This document shows positions 37,120 to 45,993 of a stretch of 64,000 nt of DNA, piece after piece. Every line of letters starts with the position of its first letter. Position 1 is the first letter of the stretch. The notes under the pieces are model-generated. The model did no database searches and was not told the DNA's origin. It saw nothing but the letters and a program-made list of their open reading frames with translations. The DNA is from a virus (taxonomy: Duplodnaviria > Heunggongvirae > Uroviricota > Caudoviricetes), in the IMG/VR virus record IMGVR_UViG_3300048904_000202, positions 4,007-68,006 of that record. One strand, written 5' to 3'. The position numbers and the translations under genes were made by a program.

Positions 37120-37743
37120 TCACGCGTGCCGATCGTCGTCGGGGTACGGGCCGCTGATCCGCACCGAGAGGATCGCCATGTCATCGCCCAAGCCGACCGA
37201 CGACAGCGCGCAAGGCGTATCGTTGCTCGTGATGTACGTGATGTGGGCGATGGCGACGCGGCCGGTGTAGCCGCCGCCGAACGGATCGAACTCGCGCAGC
37301 AGCATCCGGTCACCGACCTTATAGCTGCGGTCCTTCTTGTTCCGCATGTCGTGGAGCTTCTTGCCCGCGACCATTGGCTCGAAGAACTGCGGCCACGACT
37401 TGACCTCGTAGTCGTAGGGCGGGAGGCCGGTCGGGATCGTGTTCGGCACCGGGTCGGCCAGCGTATGGGCGGCCGGCGGGATCAGCGGCGCGTACAGATC
37501 GTCGGCCGTGGTGGCGTTGCGGATCACCTGATCTCGGTCCATCCAGCCATGTTGGAACTGCTCGCGCTCCGGGGTGCCCGGAAGATACCGATCGTCGCGA
37601 ACGTCGATGTGCTGTCCTGCATCGCGAGCCCGCTGACCTGCGATGTTGGCTTCGCTCCGGCACTTCCATTGGATGGGAGGGAGTCCGTCAATGACCTTGC
37701 GACGGTACTCGGGCGATGCCGCTGCTAACTCGAAGTTTTCCAT
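37120..37743 (-). CDS. DUF3850 (ASCH/PUA-like) domain protein
   Basis: VKSWPQFF..M..GKK....R..DR.YKVGD..LLREFD...YTGR. Confidence 0.75.
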   Translation of the reverse strand: MENFELAAASPEYRRKVIDGLPPIQWKCRSEANIAGQRARDAGQHIDVRDDRYLPGTPEREQFQHGWMDRDQVIRNATTADDLYAPLIPPAAHTLADPVPNTIPTGLPPYDYEVKSWPQFFEPMVAGKKLHDMRNKKDRSYKVGDRMLLREFDPFGGGYTGRVAIAHITYITSNDTPCALSSVGLGDDMAILSVRISGPYPDDDRHA

Positions 37744-37988
37744 TACGATGCCTTCTTGGCTGATGTTTGGAGGGTGCGGACGAAGTGCTGGACGACCGAG
37801 CCCCGGACCACGTCGACCTGAAAGTCTTCGTCCTTGGCCGCATCGATCTCGGCGACCTGCCGGCGCATGTGGTCTGCGTGGGCGCGGACCTGCGAGATCA
37901 TGTCGTCCACGGTGCAGACGCCATGGTCCATGAACCCGTGGTGGGCCTTGCTGCCGGGTAACCGGATGCGCGTCATTGTGTCTGCCAT
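37743..37988 (-). CDS. Hypothetical protein
   Basis: Coupled. Confidence 0.5.
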   Translation of the reverse strand: MADTMTRIRLPGSKAHHGFMDHGVCTVDDMISQVRAHADHMRRQVAEIDAAKDEDFQVDVVRGSVVQHFVRTLQTSAKKAS

Positions 37989-38260
37989 CAGGAAACCTTG
38001 CGATTGACGGCACCGTGTTCGGCCATGCAGCGGAAGCCGATCGTCGTAATCTTCCGCATGATGTCGAGCGCGCCCATCTCCGGTGCGGACTCGGTGGACC
38101 AAGCGGCGCGCGCCTTGGCGGCATATTCCTCGATCAGGAGAATGCGTTCGCCGATCGACAGCACACCATCTCCGTTCGGGCCGCTCTCCGGCCACACGAA
38201 ATCCTGATAGGCGAGTTCAGAGTCGATCGCGGCGATTACTTCTTCCTTGGTAGCGGTCAT
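37988..38260 (-). CDS. Hypothetical protein
   Basis: Coupled. Confidence 0.55.
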   Translation of the reverse strand: MTATKEEVIAAIDSELAYQDFVWPESGPNGDGVLSIGERILLIEEYAAKARAAWSTESAPEMGALDIMRKITTIGFRCMAEHGAVNRKVS

Positions 38261-38263
38261 GAG

Positions 38264-40084
38264 TTAGGCTGCTTTCTTGTAGCTGGAGGGATCGGTCCCA
38301 TCGACGGCGCGCTCAATGATCTCGATACGCGTGATGAGGGTTTGTACCGTGTTCGCGTCCATCGTCCCGTCCACGACGAGGTACTGAATGAGGACGTTGT
38401 GTTCGAGACCGTAGCGGTGGGCGCGGTCCTCGCACTGTTCCATGTCACCGGGCACCGACCACATCTCCACGAACACGACCACGGTCGCTTCCGTCAGTGT
38501 GTGACCGACGCCGGCCGCCTTGAGGTTGCCGATGATGACTCGGCATTCGGGGTCAGGCGCGATGTGGTTGTCGTTGTCGCCTTGGAACCGAAGCTTCTCG
38601 GCCTCGACCTTCTTGGCCGTCATGCCGCCCACGATCTTGGCCGCAGTGGGGAAGGCTTCGTACAGGCCAGCCACCACGTCCTTGTGGATGGCGAAGATGA
38701 TCACCTTCTCGCCGGCCTCCACGAGGCGCTTGATATGCTCGATCGCCATCGGCAGCTTCGAGAGCGCCAGATCATGTCGAGCCTCAGAGTAAGCCGCGAA
38801 CCCCGGCTCGATTTCACCCGGAGCCAGATCGCCGATGTCAGCGTTCTTGAAACCCTGCGGCAGAATCTTGGTCATGCAGTCCAGCACGAAGCCGGGGTCG
38901 AGGTCCTTGTGGGCGACCTTGGGCTTGTACTCGACGTTGTCGTTGGCGGCGGCCAGCATCGCGAGCGCTGAGGTGAACTTGTCGCGCTCGGTCTTGATGA
39001 GCTTCTTCAAGCCCTCGGCTGGGAAGACCACCACCTGACGGGTCTTCTCGGGCAGGTCTTTCAGGACGTTCGACTTCAAGCGGCGGATCATGAAGGTCTT
39101 CCGCAGCTTTTCGTTCAGTTCGTCTTCGTTCGAACCACCATCGGCGACAAACCCGAAGTCGCCCTGATAGCCAGCACAATAGCGGGTACCGAAGTCGATC
39201 CAGTTCTTGCCGAGACCACGCGGATCGAAGTCGCGGATCATCGGCCACATGTCTGCCGGCCGCTTCATCATCGGCGTCCCGGTGAGCATCACGCGGTACT
39301 CGGCGCGAAGACACGGAACCTTGAGTATCGTGGTCCGGCCATTCTTGTCCGGTCGGCTCTTGATAGCGAACTTCTTCCGCTTCGTTTCGCTGTTCCATTC
39401 GCCATAGTCGCCGAAGATCGCTTGAGTGCGCTTCGACTTCCCGTTCGACAGGTATTGGGCCTCGTCGCAGATCAGGATGTCCCAATGGTCACGCCACAAG
39501 GTGTCCCGATTGCGGGCGAGAATGTCGTAGTTGACGATGACGAAATCGGTCTCCGGGATTTCTCCCCCGAATGCGACACCGATGGTCAGGCCCTTGTCCA
39601 AGAGCCACTTCGTCATCTCCTTGAGCCAGTTGAGCTTCAAGGTCGCCGGACACACGATCAGACCTGACCGCAGTCCGAGGTTGTTGATCACGCCGATCGC
39701 TTGGATCGTCTTGCCGAGACCCGGCGAGTCGGCGATCAGCGTGTCGTACCGTTCGCAGGCGTAGAGGATGCCCGCCTTCTGGTAAGGGAGGTAGTCGAGG
39801 ACCTCTCCCTTATGGTTCTTGATGTAGGGGACAGGGATGTCCGCCTCGGCGTGCATCGCATAGGATGCCGCCAGTTCCGCCTCATGCTGGTCGACGATCC
39901 CCTTGAGCCGCGAGTAGGCTTCGCCCACACACGAGTCCAAGAAGATGGCGGCCTTACGCCAGTCTCGGGTGTACCATTTGCGCATGCCCAGCGCGTCGAA
40001 GATGAAGCCCGCTTCCTTGAGGGCGTCCTTCTCCGACAATCGGCATGTCGCTACCCAACAATCGTCGATCAGCGTGATTTGCAC
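38264..40084 (-). CDS. SNF2-family (SF2) helicase/translocase
   Basis: DSPGLGKT, DEAQ, LTGTP, IRRLK, G.G.TL, QCEDRAHRYG. Confidence 0.9.
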   Translation of the reverse strand: MQITLIDDCWVATCRLSEKDALKEAGFIFDALGMRKWYTRDWRKAAIFLDSCVGEAYSRLKGIVDQHEAELAASYAMHAEADIPVPYIKNHKGEVLDYLPYQKAGILYACERYDTLIADSPGLGKTIQAIGVINNLGLRSGLIVCPATLKLNWLKEMTKWLLDKGLTIGVAFGGEIPETDFVIVNYDILARNRDTLWRDHWDILICDEAQYLSNGKSKRTQAIFGDYGEWNSETKRKKFAIKSRPDKNGRTTILKVPCLRAEYRVMLTGTPMMKRPADMWPMIRDFDPRGLGKNWIDFGTRYCAGYQGDFGFVADGGSNEDELNEKLRKTFMIRRLKSNVLKDLPEKTRQVVVFPAEGLKKLIKTERDKFTSALAMLAAANDNVEYKPKVAHKDLDPGFVLDCMTKILPQGFKNADIGDLAPGEIEPGFAAYSEARHDLALSKLPMAIEHIKRLVEAGEKVIIFAIHKDVVAGLYEAFPTAAKIVGGMTAKKVEAEKLRFQGDNDNHIAPDPECRVIIGNLKAAGVGHTLTEATVVVFVEMWSVPGDMEQCEDRAHRYGLEHNVLIQYLVVDGTMDANTVQTLITRIEIIERAVDGTDPSSYKKAA

Positions 40085-40090
40085 GAAGGC

Positions 40091-40723
40091 TTAGCCGAGA
40101 TTCACCCGGAACAGCACGTCCTTGGCGTCGGCATCGATGACGACGGTCTCGAACGCCTCTTCGACCATCTGACTGAGGACTCCCTTGACGCCGATGGTCG
40201 CGATCTCGTCGCGTGTGGCGAAGCGCTCGCAAATCGCCGCGCCCGTCAGCGTGGGCAGGATATCGTCCAGCGTCGCCGGCTCGCCGAAGGGCGACTGACC
40301 GTCTTCCAACTTGGTCTGCACCTGCCTGATGGCGCTCTGGGTGATGCGAACGTCGATCGCCTCGCCGAGACCGTCCATTGTGCGGGCACGATTGAGCAGG
40401 TACCTCGGGTTGAAAACCGCGTCGTGCATGTCGGTGTCGTTGAGCAGGTCGGCGTCGGCGAGCGCCTTGAGGATCACGAGCAAGAGGGTGGTCTTGCCGG
40501 CGCCCTGACGGCCGTTGACGCTGATCGTGAACGCGGCGGGAGCGGCGACGGCTTCGTCCTTCTGCCGATTGATCTCGGCGGCGCACGCCTTGGTCTGGTC
40601 GCAGTCGTTCGTCGCGGTCGGGAGGGGCAGGGGGCCGCAAACCGCCTCGAACTCGCTGATCAGGTTGTCGGCTTCGCGCGGAGTGAGGCCGAGGACGTTG
40701 GTGAGGATTTCCTTGGGGGACAT
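40091..40723 (-). CDS. Hypothetical protein with P-loop-like motif
   Basis: GRQGAGKTT. Confidence 0.55.
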   Translation of the reverse strand: MSPKEILTNVLGLTPREADNLISEFEAVCGPLPLPTATNDCDQTKACAAEINRQKDEAVAAPAAFTISVNGRQGAGKTTLLLVILKALADADLLNDTDMHDAVFNPRYLLNRARTMDGLGEAIDVRITQSAIRQVQTKLEDGQSPFGEPATLDDILPTLTGAAICERFATRDEIATIGVKGVLSQMVEEAFETVVIDADAKDVLFRVNLG

Positions 40724-40840
40724 GTGTTAGTCTCGCTTTACACTGGTGGACGTAGCTCCGCCGTGTCGATCTTTTTGAACGGCGGTGTGGATCGGAGCGG
40801 GGAAGTCAAAGAAGATTGACAATCCCGGCGGCGATTGGGT

Positions 40841-41011
40841 TCAGGACAGGTTAGTTTGACCGTCCTGTTTGAGGTCGATCATGGTCCGCTCGATGGAGCC
40901 GGACCATGTGGTGCCTAGCATCTGGATCATCCCGGCGGCGCGGAGCGCGTCGATCATCACGTCGAGCGCTTCGGCGTCGCGAAGGCTATCCGCGTCGGTG
41001 ATGATGATCAT
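40841..41011 (-). CDS. Hypothetical protein
   Basis: ATGA overlap. Confidence 0.45.
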   Translation of the reverse strand: MIIITDADSLRDAEALDVMIDALRAAGMIQMLGTTWSGSIERTMIDLKQDGQTNLS

Positions 41012-41937
41012 CGGCGTTCCCACCGAAGCAGGCGCTTGCGCCGCCTGTGTTCCGCGACAGCGCCGTTGGCGATGTCGAGGCGTTCTTCCGGCGACAGGTC
41101 ATAGACCTCGTCCGGCGCGTCCACGGTAACCTCGGAGCCGTAGAAGCGGCTGGGCCGTTCGGTGACGGTCGTGGGAACAGCGCCCGTTGGAGAGGTGACG
41201 GCGATCTTGTTGGTGATCTCTGAGGGCTTCCCCGCGTCGCTCATCTCACCATCAAGCTTAGCGTAACCTTCCCAAGGGAACTGTGGGTCCTTGAAGCCGG
41301 CGAGGCTCGCGATTTCGTCGTGCGTGGCGGGACGCACGAGTTCGGGGGCGAAGCGCTCCTTCACGCCGGTGGGGTAGTCGCTGTAGGTAAAGGCCCAGAT
41401 ACCTCCGTCGACATCGACGTAGCTGACCTTCCCAAGCCGTTCGATGAACTGGTCGGTTCGGTCAATGAAAACGATGTCTCCCGTGGCGAATGCCGGGGCG
41501 CCGGCCATGCTCGGCGCTGGACTCAAGCCTTCTTTCACCGCCCACGCGAGGTTCGCGATGAACTGCAACTCGCGCGTCGAGAAGCCGCCAACCGAGTCAG
41601 CATCTTCCTTGTCGCGGCCGGTCATCATGTGCCGGATCACGTCGTCCATCATCTTCTGGGCGCTGGGCAGCATCCTCGGGTTGCCGAAGATGTAGGCGTA
41701 GGCGGCCGTCTTGCTCGGGTTCTTCATCTTGCGGCCATACAGCCACGCGATGAAGCTCAAGGCGCGCGACTGCATCACGCCCTTGGCGTGAAGGACGGCG
41801 AGAACGGCGGCTGCTTGAGCGTCGCTCAGTTCCTTGAGGTCTTCGGCGAGGAAGCAGAGGTCCATGATGTCGTGGCTCTCGACGATGAGAGCGTCGCCGA
41901 CGTGCGGCACCACTGGAGGTAGACTCGATTGACGCAT
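41008..41937 (-). CDS. Hypothetical protein
   Basis: AAGGAG RBS; first gene after the divergent promoter region. Confidence 0.65.
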   Translation of the reverse strand: MRQSSLPPVVPHVGDALIVESHDIMDLCFLAEDLKELSDAQAAAVLAVLHAKGVMQSRALSFIAWLYGRKMKNPSKTAAYAYIFGNPRMLPSAQKMMDDVIRHMMTGRDKEDADSVGGFSTRELQFIANLAWAVKEGLSPAPSMAGAPAFATGDIVFIDRTDQFIERLGKVSYVDVDGGIWAFTYSDYPTGVKERFAPELVRPATHDEIASLAGFKDPQFPWEGYAKLDGEMSDAGKPSEITNKIAVTSPTGAVPTTVTERPSRFYGSEVTVDAPDEVYDLSPEERLDIANGAVAEHRRRKRLLRWERR

Positions 41938-42011
41938 TCCATGCTCCTTGAGAGTTAGTCTCCCTAACCATTTCTCTTGCAAAGTCAAGTGAAACCAGCT
42001 ATAGGAAAGGC

Positions 42012-42260
42012 ATGCAGGAAGCCAAAGTAACGCGGGGCCGGACCAGTCCGTTGCCTGACCCCGAGGAATGGGCCGTCCAGATCAAGGGTGATTGGGACGA
42101 AGCTGACTGCCTTTGTCAGGGAAAAGTGCCAGCCGACAAGCAAGTCGTTTACGAACGACGCATCCTCCGAGAGCGCGACGAGAAATGGGTGTGGAAGCCC
42201 TTCATGCGCCTTCACATCGACTGCCCGATCCACGGCCCCAATCGCAACCCGGAGGACTAA
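42012..42260 (+). CDS. Hypothetical protein
   Basis: AGGAAAGG RBS; CLC...CPIHG. Confidence 0.55.
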   Translation: MQEAKVTRGRTSPLPDPEEWAVQIKGDWDEADCLCQGKVPADKQVVYERRILRERDEKWVWKPFMRLHIDCPIHGPNRNPED

Positions 42261-42262
42261 CC

Positions 42263-42454
42263 ATGCCGCGTGGGCTCAGCCCGAATAATTGCAACGATAT
42301 TGAGCGCACCGGCGTCATCCCTCCCGAGTGCCTGTTCCTCAACGATACCCTGCATTTCTGTCCGTCGTGGCAGGGTGCGCTTATTGACGATACGGACCCC
42401 GAGTTCGATCGTTGCCGCTGTGAAGGAGTACCACGTGCAGCCGACCCGCGCTGA
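42263..42454 (+). CDS. Small Cys-rich protein
   Basis: GGAGG RBS; HFCPSW.G..ID....EF..C.C. Confidence 0.55.
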   Translation: MPRGLSPNNCNDIERTGVIPPECLFLNDTLHFCPSWQGALIDDTDPEFDRCRCEGVPRAADPR

Positions 42455-42809
42455 TATCGCCACGCAGGTTGCCAGCGACCGCCGACCATCAGGTCCGGAC
42501 GGTGCCGCCAATTGCGATCGTACCGCTTTCATCTTCGAGGTGTTCGAGTGCGATGCTCTGGACCTCGATGCCCACTACGATTTCCTCAACATCACGACCT
42601 GCAAAGACCTCGATCAGGTCGAGGCGTGTAAGCACATCGCTCTCCTCAAGATGCAGTACACCAAGGAGTTGGCGGATTATGGGCTGATCCAACCGATCGA
42701 CGCGGACGTGACGCTGAATTTCCTGACGCTCACCGTACAGCGCATCAACTGGCATCTCCAGCATCTCGGTATGGGTCGCCGCACACCTCCGTTTCCCGGC
42801 CTGAATTAA
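42435..42809 (+). CDS. Hypothetical protein
   Basis: AAGGAG RBS before GTG. Confidence 0.55.
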   Translation: MQPTRADIATQVASDRRPSGPDGAANCDRTAFIFEVFECDALDLDAHYDFLNITTCKDLDQVEACKHIALLKMQYTKELADYGLIQPIDADVTLNFLTLTVQRINWHLQHLGMGRRTPPFPGLN

Positions 42810-42902
42810 CCAAACCCAACAATTTGTCCTCATGTGTTGACTCGTGGACGGTGACTCGATACTTCGAGCCACCGAAAGCGAATCACACAGGAGGCACAAC
42901 CC

Positions 42903-43520
42903 ATGGCGACAAAGCGCGCCAAGATTCTCGACGAGGGGCAGTTCAACAAGCTGCTCCTGTACATCGACCAGAACTCGAACATGCCAGAGCGTGATCGACT
43001 GATCGTCATGCTCTCCTTCAAGGCTGGTCTGCGCGTCGCGGAGATCGCGAAGATCGACTTCACCGCGATGACCGATCCGGAAGGCCGGATCGCCAAGACG
43101 ATCCATGTCTACTCGAACGTCGCGAAGAAGAATCGCGAGCGCGAGGTGCCCATGCACCCGATGGTGAAGAATGCCTTCGCCGCGTTCCGGAAGAAATATC
43201 CGGATGCGCCCTGCGTCGCCATCTCGTCGCAGCCTTTCCAGCACGGCCGCTCCATCTGGGACTCGCCGGCTCCGCTCATCCGCATGAGCGTCAACGCCCT
43301 CACACTATATTATCGCCGGCTGCTCATCGCGGCCGGGTTCGACGGCTGCTCGACGCACTCGGGCAGGCGGACGTTTGCGACTGACGTGTCCCGCATCCTG
43401 TCGCGGCACCACCAGTCGATCAAGGACCTCCAGAGACTGATGGGCCATGCCCGTCTGGACACAACGGAACGGTATCTGGAACCTTCCAATGACACATTCA
43501 ATCTCGTGGCCGCGATCTGA
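42903..43520 (+). CDS. Tyrosine recombinase (Xer/integrase family, catalytic domain only)
   Basis: AGLRVAEI (R), K, HSGRRTF (HxxR), LMGH, TTERY (Y); own TTGACT-N17-TACTTC promoter. Confidence 0.9.
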   Translation: MATKRAKILDEGQFNKLLLYIDQNSNMPERDRLIVMLSFKAGLRVAEIAKIDFTAMTDPEGRIAKTIHVYSNVAKKNREREVPMHPMVKNAFAAFRKKYPDAPCVAISSQPFQHGRSIWDSPAPLIRMSVNALTLYYRRLLIAAGFDGCSTHSGRRTFATDVSRILSRHHQSIKDLQRLMGHARLDTTERYLEPSNDTFNLVAAI

Positions 43521-43607
43521 TACGTGGACATGAACGTGAACTGAGACTTGACAGTGAAGCAAGACTCAAACTAGACGCAAATCATCAATAGGAAAAGGAG
43601 ACACAAT

Positions 43608-44240
43608 ATGGCTACCCCGACCACCAAAACTGCACCCAAAGCTACCACCAAGCGCGTTACCGGTAAAGCAGGCTCGACCGCGCCGAAGCGGGCGCCCAAG
43701 TCCGAGCAGCAGCAGGCCGGCGGCACGACCGCGCTGGAGAAGTCGCGCGCTCACATCACTGGGCAACCGGCGGCCGGGGGCAAGCCAGCCGGCGCAGCGC
43801 CGGAAGTAAAAGCTCCAGCGGATTCGCTGAATGCCGGTGGCGCCGCGATCGAGAACAAGGTGGCCGGCGAGGGCGCGATTGCGACCGACCAGATCATCAC
43901 CGAAGCCGATGGCACCATGCGCGGCGGCACCAAGCGGGTGAAGATCGAGGTGATGGAGGTCCTGTCGCGCGGTGGTCTCAACACGCGCCGCGAGGAGGAA
44001 TATCCCTTCACCGCTCTTCCGATGTCCGAAGTGATCGACGGTAAGCCCAAGGGTCCGTCGTTCTTCATTCCGAAGAGCGATGCTCCGGACCAGAAGGTCG
44101 CCACCGCCCGCAAGCGTTATCGCGGCAAGGACGTGCAGTTCGTGACGCGCAAGCACGAGGAAGTCGTCGAGGGCGAAGAGAAGAAGGGCAAGCAGCCCGG
44201 TCTCCGCGTCTGGAAGGTTCCGGGCGGCACTCTCCGATAA
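43608..44240 (+). CDS. Putative DNA-binding protein with Lys/Ala/Thr-rich N-terminal tail
   Basis: Basic low-complexity N-terminus; C-terminal YPF...SFF.P...A.KRY...F.TR...GLRVW pattern; AAGGAG RBS. Confidence 0.55.
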   Translation: MATPTTKTAPKATTKRVTGKAGSTAPKRAPKSEQQQAGGTTALEKSRAHITGQPAAGGKPAGAAPEVKAPADSLNAGGAAIENKVAGEGAIATDQIITEADGTMRGGTKRVKIEVMEVLSRGGLNTRREEEYPFTALPMSEVIDGKPKGPSFFIPKSDAPDQKVATARKRYRGKDVQFVTRKHEEVVEGEEKKGKQPGLRVWKVPGGTLR

Positions 44241-44261
44241 GCTTCCGGCTTCGGCTGGATC

Positions 44262-44297
44262 GGCCGTCGCCCGTTAGCGGGCGGCGGCCTTTTTATT
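44262..44297 (+). terminator. Rho-independent terminator
   Basis: GGCCGTCGCCCG-TTAG-CGGGCGGCGGCC then TTTTTATT. Confidence 0.8.
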
Positions 44298-44410
44298 GAA
44301 CTACTCCGGACGAACGGGGTTGACGGCGCAGCGAGAATAAGCCATCTCGCGGTAGAGAGTTGAGTCGGACTCACATTCTCGCTTGACTTGTCGAGTGAAA
44401 GTGTGCATAT

Positions 44411-44686
44411 GGCCACTCTCCCTGAACGGGGCCGCCGGTATATCCCCCAACAGCCGGCGGCCCTAAGGGATGCTCCATGGTTTACCGAGGGGCTGGATCA
44501 GCCCGCCAAACCTACCCGGACGCCGCCTAGCTTGGGCAGACGAAGGATAACATAGGCAGGTCCGGCAGTGATGAGAGTGAAAGCGGTCGTTCTTGATGGC
44601 CCTTCGTGAAGTGGGAGATAAGCGCCTCACGGATCGCTGGTCTTGATGGAGCGGAGTTAGTAACCCGCTGTCAGGGTAAGTGGTCC
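44411..44686 (+). ncRNA. Unidentified multi-stem structured RNA, about 275 nt
   Basis: Nested closing stems GGCCACT/AGTGGTC and CCCTGA/TCAGGG; several internal hairpins; no ORF in the track; TTGACT box at 44383. Confidence 0.5.
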
Positions 44687-44730
44687 AGTCTCGTGGTAAG
44701 CCGTGGACAAAATAATTTCACAAAGGGGGG

Positions 44731-44760
44731 TTGACTTTAGTCCATGAGTTGGACTATAAG
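44731..44760 (+). promoter_or_regulatory. Sigma70-type promoter of tRNA operon 1
   Basis: TTGACT-N18-TATAAG. Confidence 0.75.
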
Positions 44761-44810
44761 CTGCACTCCAACGCGGTTCGCCGCATTTGAAAGAGTTTCG
44801 AGTTCCAGTC

Positions 44811-44903
44811 ATGGCACGCAATATCAACAACCCAGCACCAATGATCGCCGCCGTCGCGGCGATTGTGGTTGTGCGTGTCGAAGACGGAGGAACGCAGGTC
44901 TAG
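44811..44903 (+). CDS. Leader peptide 1 (MARNINNPAPMIAAVAAIVVVRVEDGGTQV)
   Basis: 21 of the first 23 codons encode M/A/N/I/P/V, the amino acids of the downstream tRNAs; followed by a terminator. Confidence 0.75.
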   Translation: MARNINNPAPMIAAVAAIVVVRVEDGGTQV

Positions 44904-44936
44904 CCCGACCTACATTCCTGACACCACCGAATTTGA

Positions 44937-44974
44937 AGGGCCTCAGATCATCCGATCCGGGGCCTTTTTCTTTT
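44937..44974 (+). terminator. Attenuator terminator before tRNA operon 1
   Basis: Stem 44937-44949/44954-44966 plus TTTTTCTTTT, 11 nt upstream of the first tRNA. Confidence 0.8.
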
Positions 44975-44985
44975 CACGGTTTTGT

Positions 44986-45062
44986 CAGGGTGTGGCTCAG
45001 TCCGGTAGAGCGTGCCCCTCGGAAGGGTGAGGTCGCGGGTTCGAATCCCGCCGCCCTGACCA
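44986..45062 (+). tRNA. tRNA-Pro(CGG)
   Basis: Cloverleaf, anticodon CGG, encoded CCA. Confidence 0.9.
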
Positions 45063-45152
45063 AACCGTGATCCACTGAGGTGGTTCGCAAGATTTGAAGT
45101 TGACCGACTGGTCGCTTCCGACTAGCAGCACCGCCTCACTCGATGTGGTTGG

Positions 45153-45229
45153 CGGGAAGTGGCGCAGTCTGGTAGCGCACCGGTCTCGGGGTCCGGGGGT
45201 CGCAGGTTCGAATCCTGTCTTCCCGACCA
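45153..45229 (+). tRNA. tRNA-Pro (anticodon read as CGG; U-U mismatch in stem)
   Basis: Pro-type body, loop CTCGGGG, encoded CCA. Confidence 0.8.
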
Positions 45230-45232
45230 CAT

Positions 45233-45309
45233 TGCAGTGTAGCTCAGCCCGGTAGAGCGGCGGATTCATGCTCCGCGCAGCGTTGGTTCAAATCCAGCCA
45301 CTGCAACCA
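45233..45309 (+). tRNA. tRNA-Met(CAT) (Ile2 not excluded)
   Basis: Cloverleaf, anticodon CAT, encoded CCA. Confidence 0.8.
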
Positions 45310-45323
45310 GTTTCGTAGGTAAT

Positions 45324-45399
45324 GCGGGATTAGCTCAGGGGTAGAGCGTCGGTATGACATGCCGAGACAGCGGTGGTTCAAATCCATCATTCCGCACCA
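45324..45399 (+). tRNA. tRNA-Val(GAC)
   Basis: Cloverleaf, A73, encoded CCA. Confidence 0.9.
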
Positions 45400-45404
45400 C
45401 CTAC

Positions 45405-45480
45405 GCCTCGTTAGCTCAGGGGTAGAGCGTCGGTATCACACACCGAGCCAGCGGTGGTTCAAATCCATCACGAGGCACCA
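45405..45480 (+). tRNA. tRNA-Val(CAC)
   Basis: Cloverleaf, paralogous to Val(GAC), encoded CCA. Confidence 0.9.
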
Positions 45481-45829
45481 GATAGAGGCTGAAATGCCGA
45501 AACATCGGAATTAACCAGTCCGAGAAGGTTGCAGTTACGAAGAACATGCACCGGCAGGCAGGGTGGTCCCCTGACGATACCGGACTTGGTATGTAGGCTT
45601 CGTCAGCGAGCAGCGTCCGGTGCGAGAGCATCAGACCAGTGATGGTCAGGCGGCCGTGGGTCCGAGGCAGATACCCACCGAAATTTCCCGGTCCCAGCCG
45701 GCCGTCAGTCCCATGGGACGATCGCCACACAAAGGGAGGGTAAACGGTGTGACAGTACCGGCGGCGCGCAATCCCGCGATCAGCCGCTGCGGAAAGCACA
45801 CGGGCCGGAGACAAGACATACCGGGCTAC
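45481..45829 (+). ncRNA. Unidentified structured RNA, about 350 nt, inside tRNA operon 1
   Basis: Nested stems GCACCGG/CCGGTGC, CTGACGA/TCGTCAG, CGGCCG/CGGCCG, GTCCC/GGGAC, CACAC/GTGTG; no credible ORF. Confidence 0.5.
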
Positions 45830-45906
45830 GGGGATGTAGCTCAGTTGGGTAGAGCGCCTGCCTTGCAAGCAGGATGTCGCGAGTTCGAACCTCGCCTTCT
45901 CCACCA
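45830..45906 (+). tRNA. tRNA-Ala(TGC)
   Basis: G3:U70, anticodon TGC, encoded CCA. Confidence 0.95.
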
Positions 45907-45916
45907 GCCCGGTTGT

Positions 45917-45993
45917 TTGCCGTAGCCGAACAAGGTGGACGGGGCTGACTGTTAATCAGCTTATGGTAGGTTCGATGCCTACACGGCAAGCCA
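45917..45993 (+). tRNA. tRNA-Asn(GTT), atypical D arm
   Basis: GCTGA-CTGTTAA-TCAGC anticodon arm, G73, encoded CCA. Confidence 0.8.

Noticed and set aside
42809-44300. attP site next to the recombinase
   Set aside because: No convincing duplicated tRNA 3' fragment or arm/core repeat identified by eye.
45481-45540. HDV-like theta ribozymes at tRNA 3' trailers, or a hammerhead at CTGACGA (about 45572)
   Set aside because: Could not build the P1/P1.1/P2/P3 double pseudoknot; CTGACGA is not followed by stem II plus GAAA.
44411-45829. RNase P RNA, SRP RNA or group I intron identity for the large structured RNAs (also 59495-59790)
   Set aside because: Diagnostic signatures (GAGGAAAGUCC with ACAGAANCCGGCUUA, the SRP GGAAGCAGC loop, group I P7/J8-7) were not found by eye; left as unidentified.
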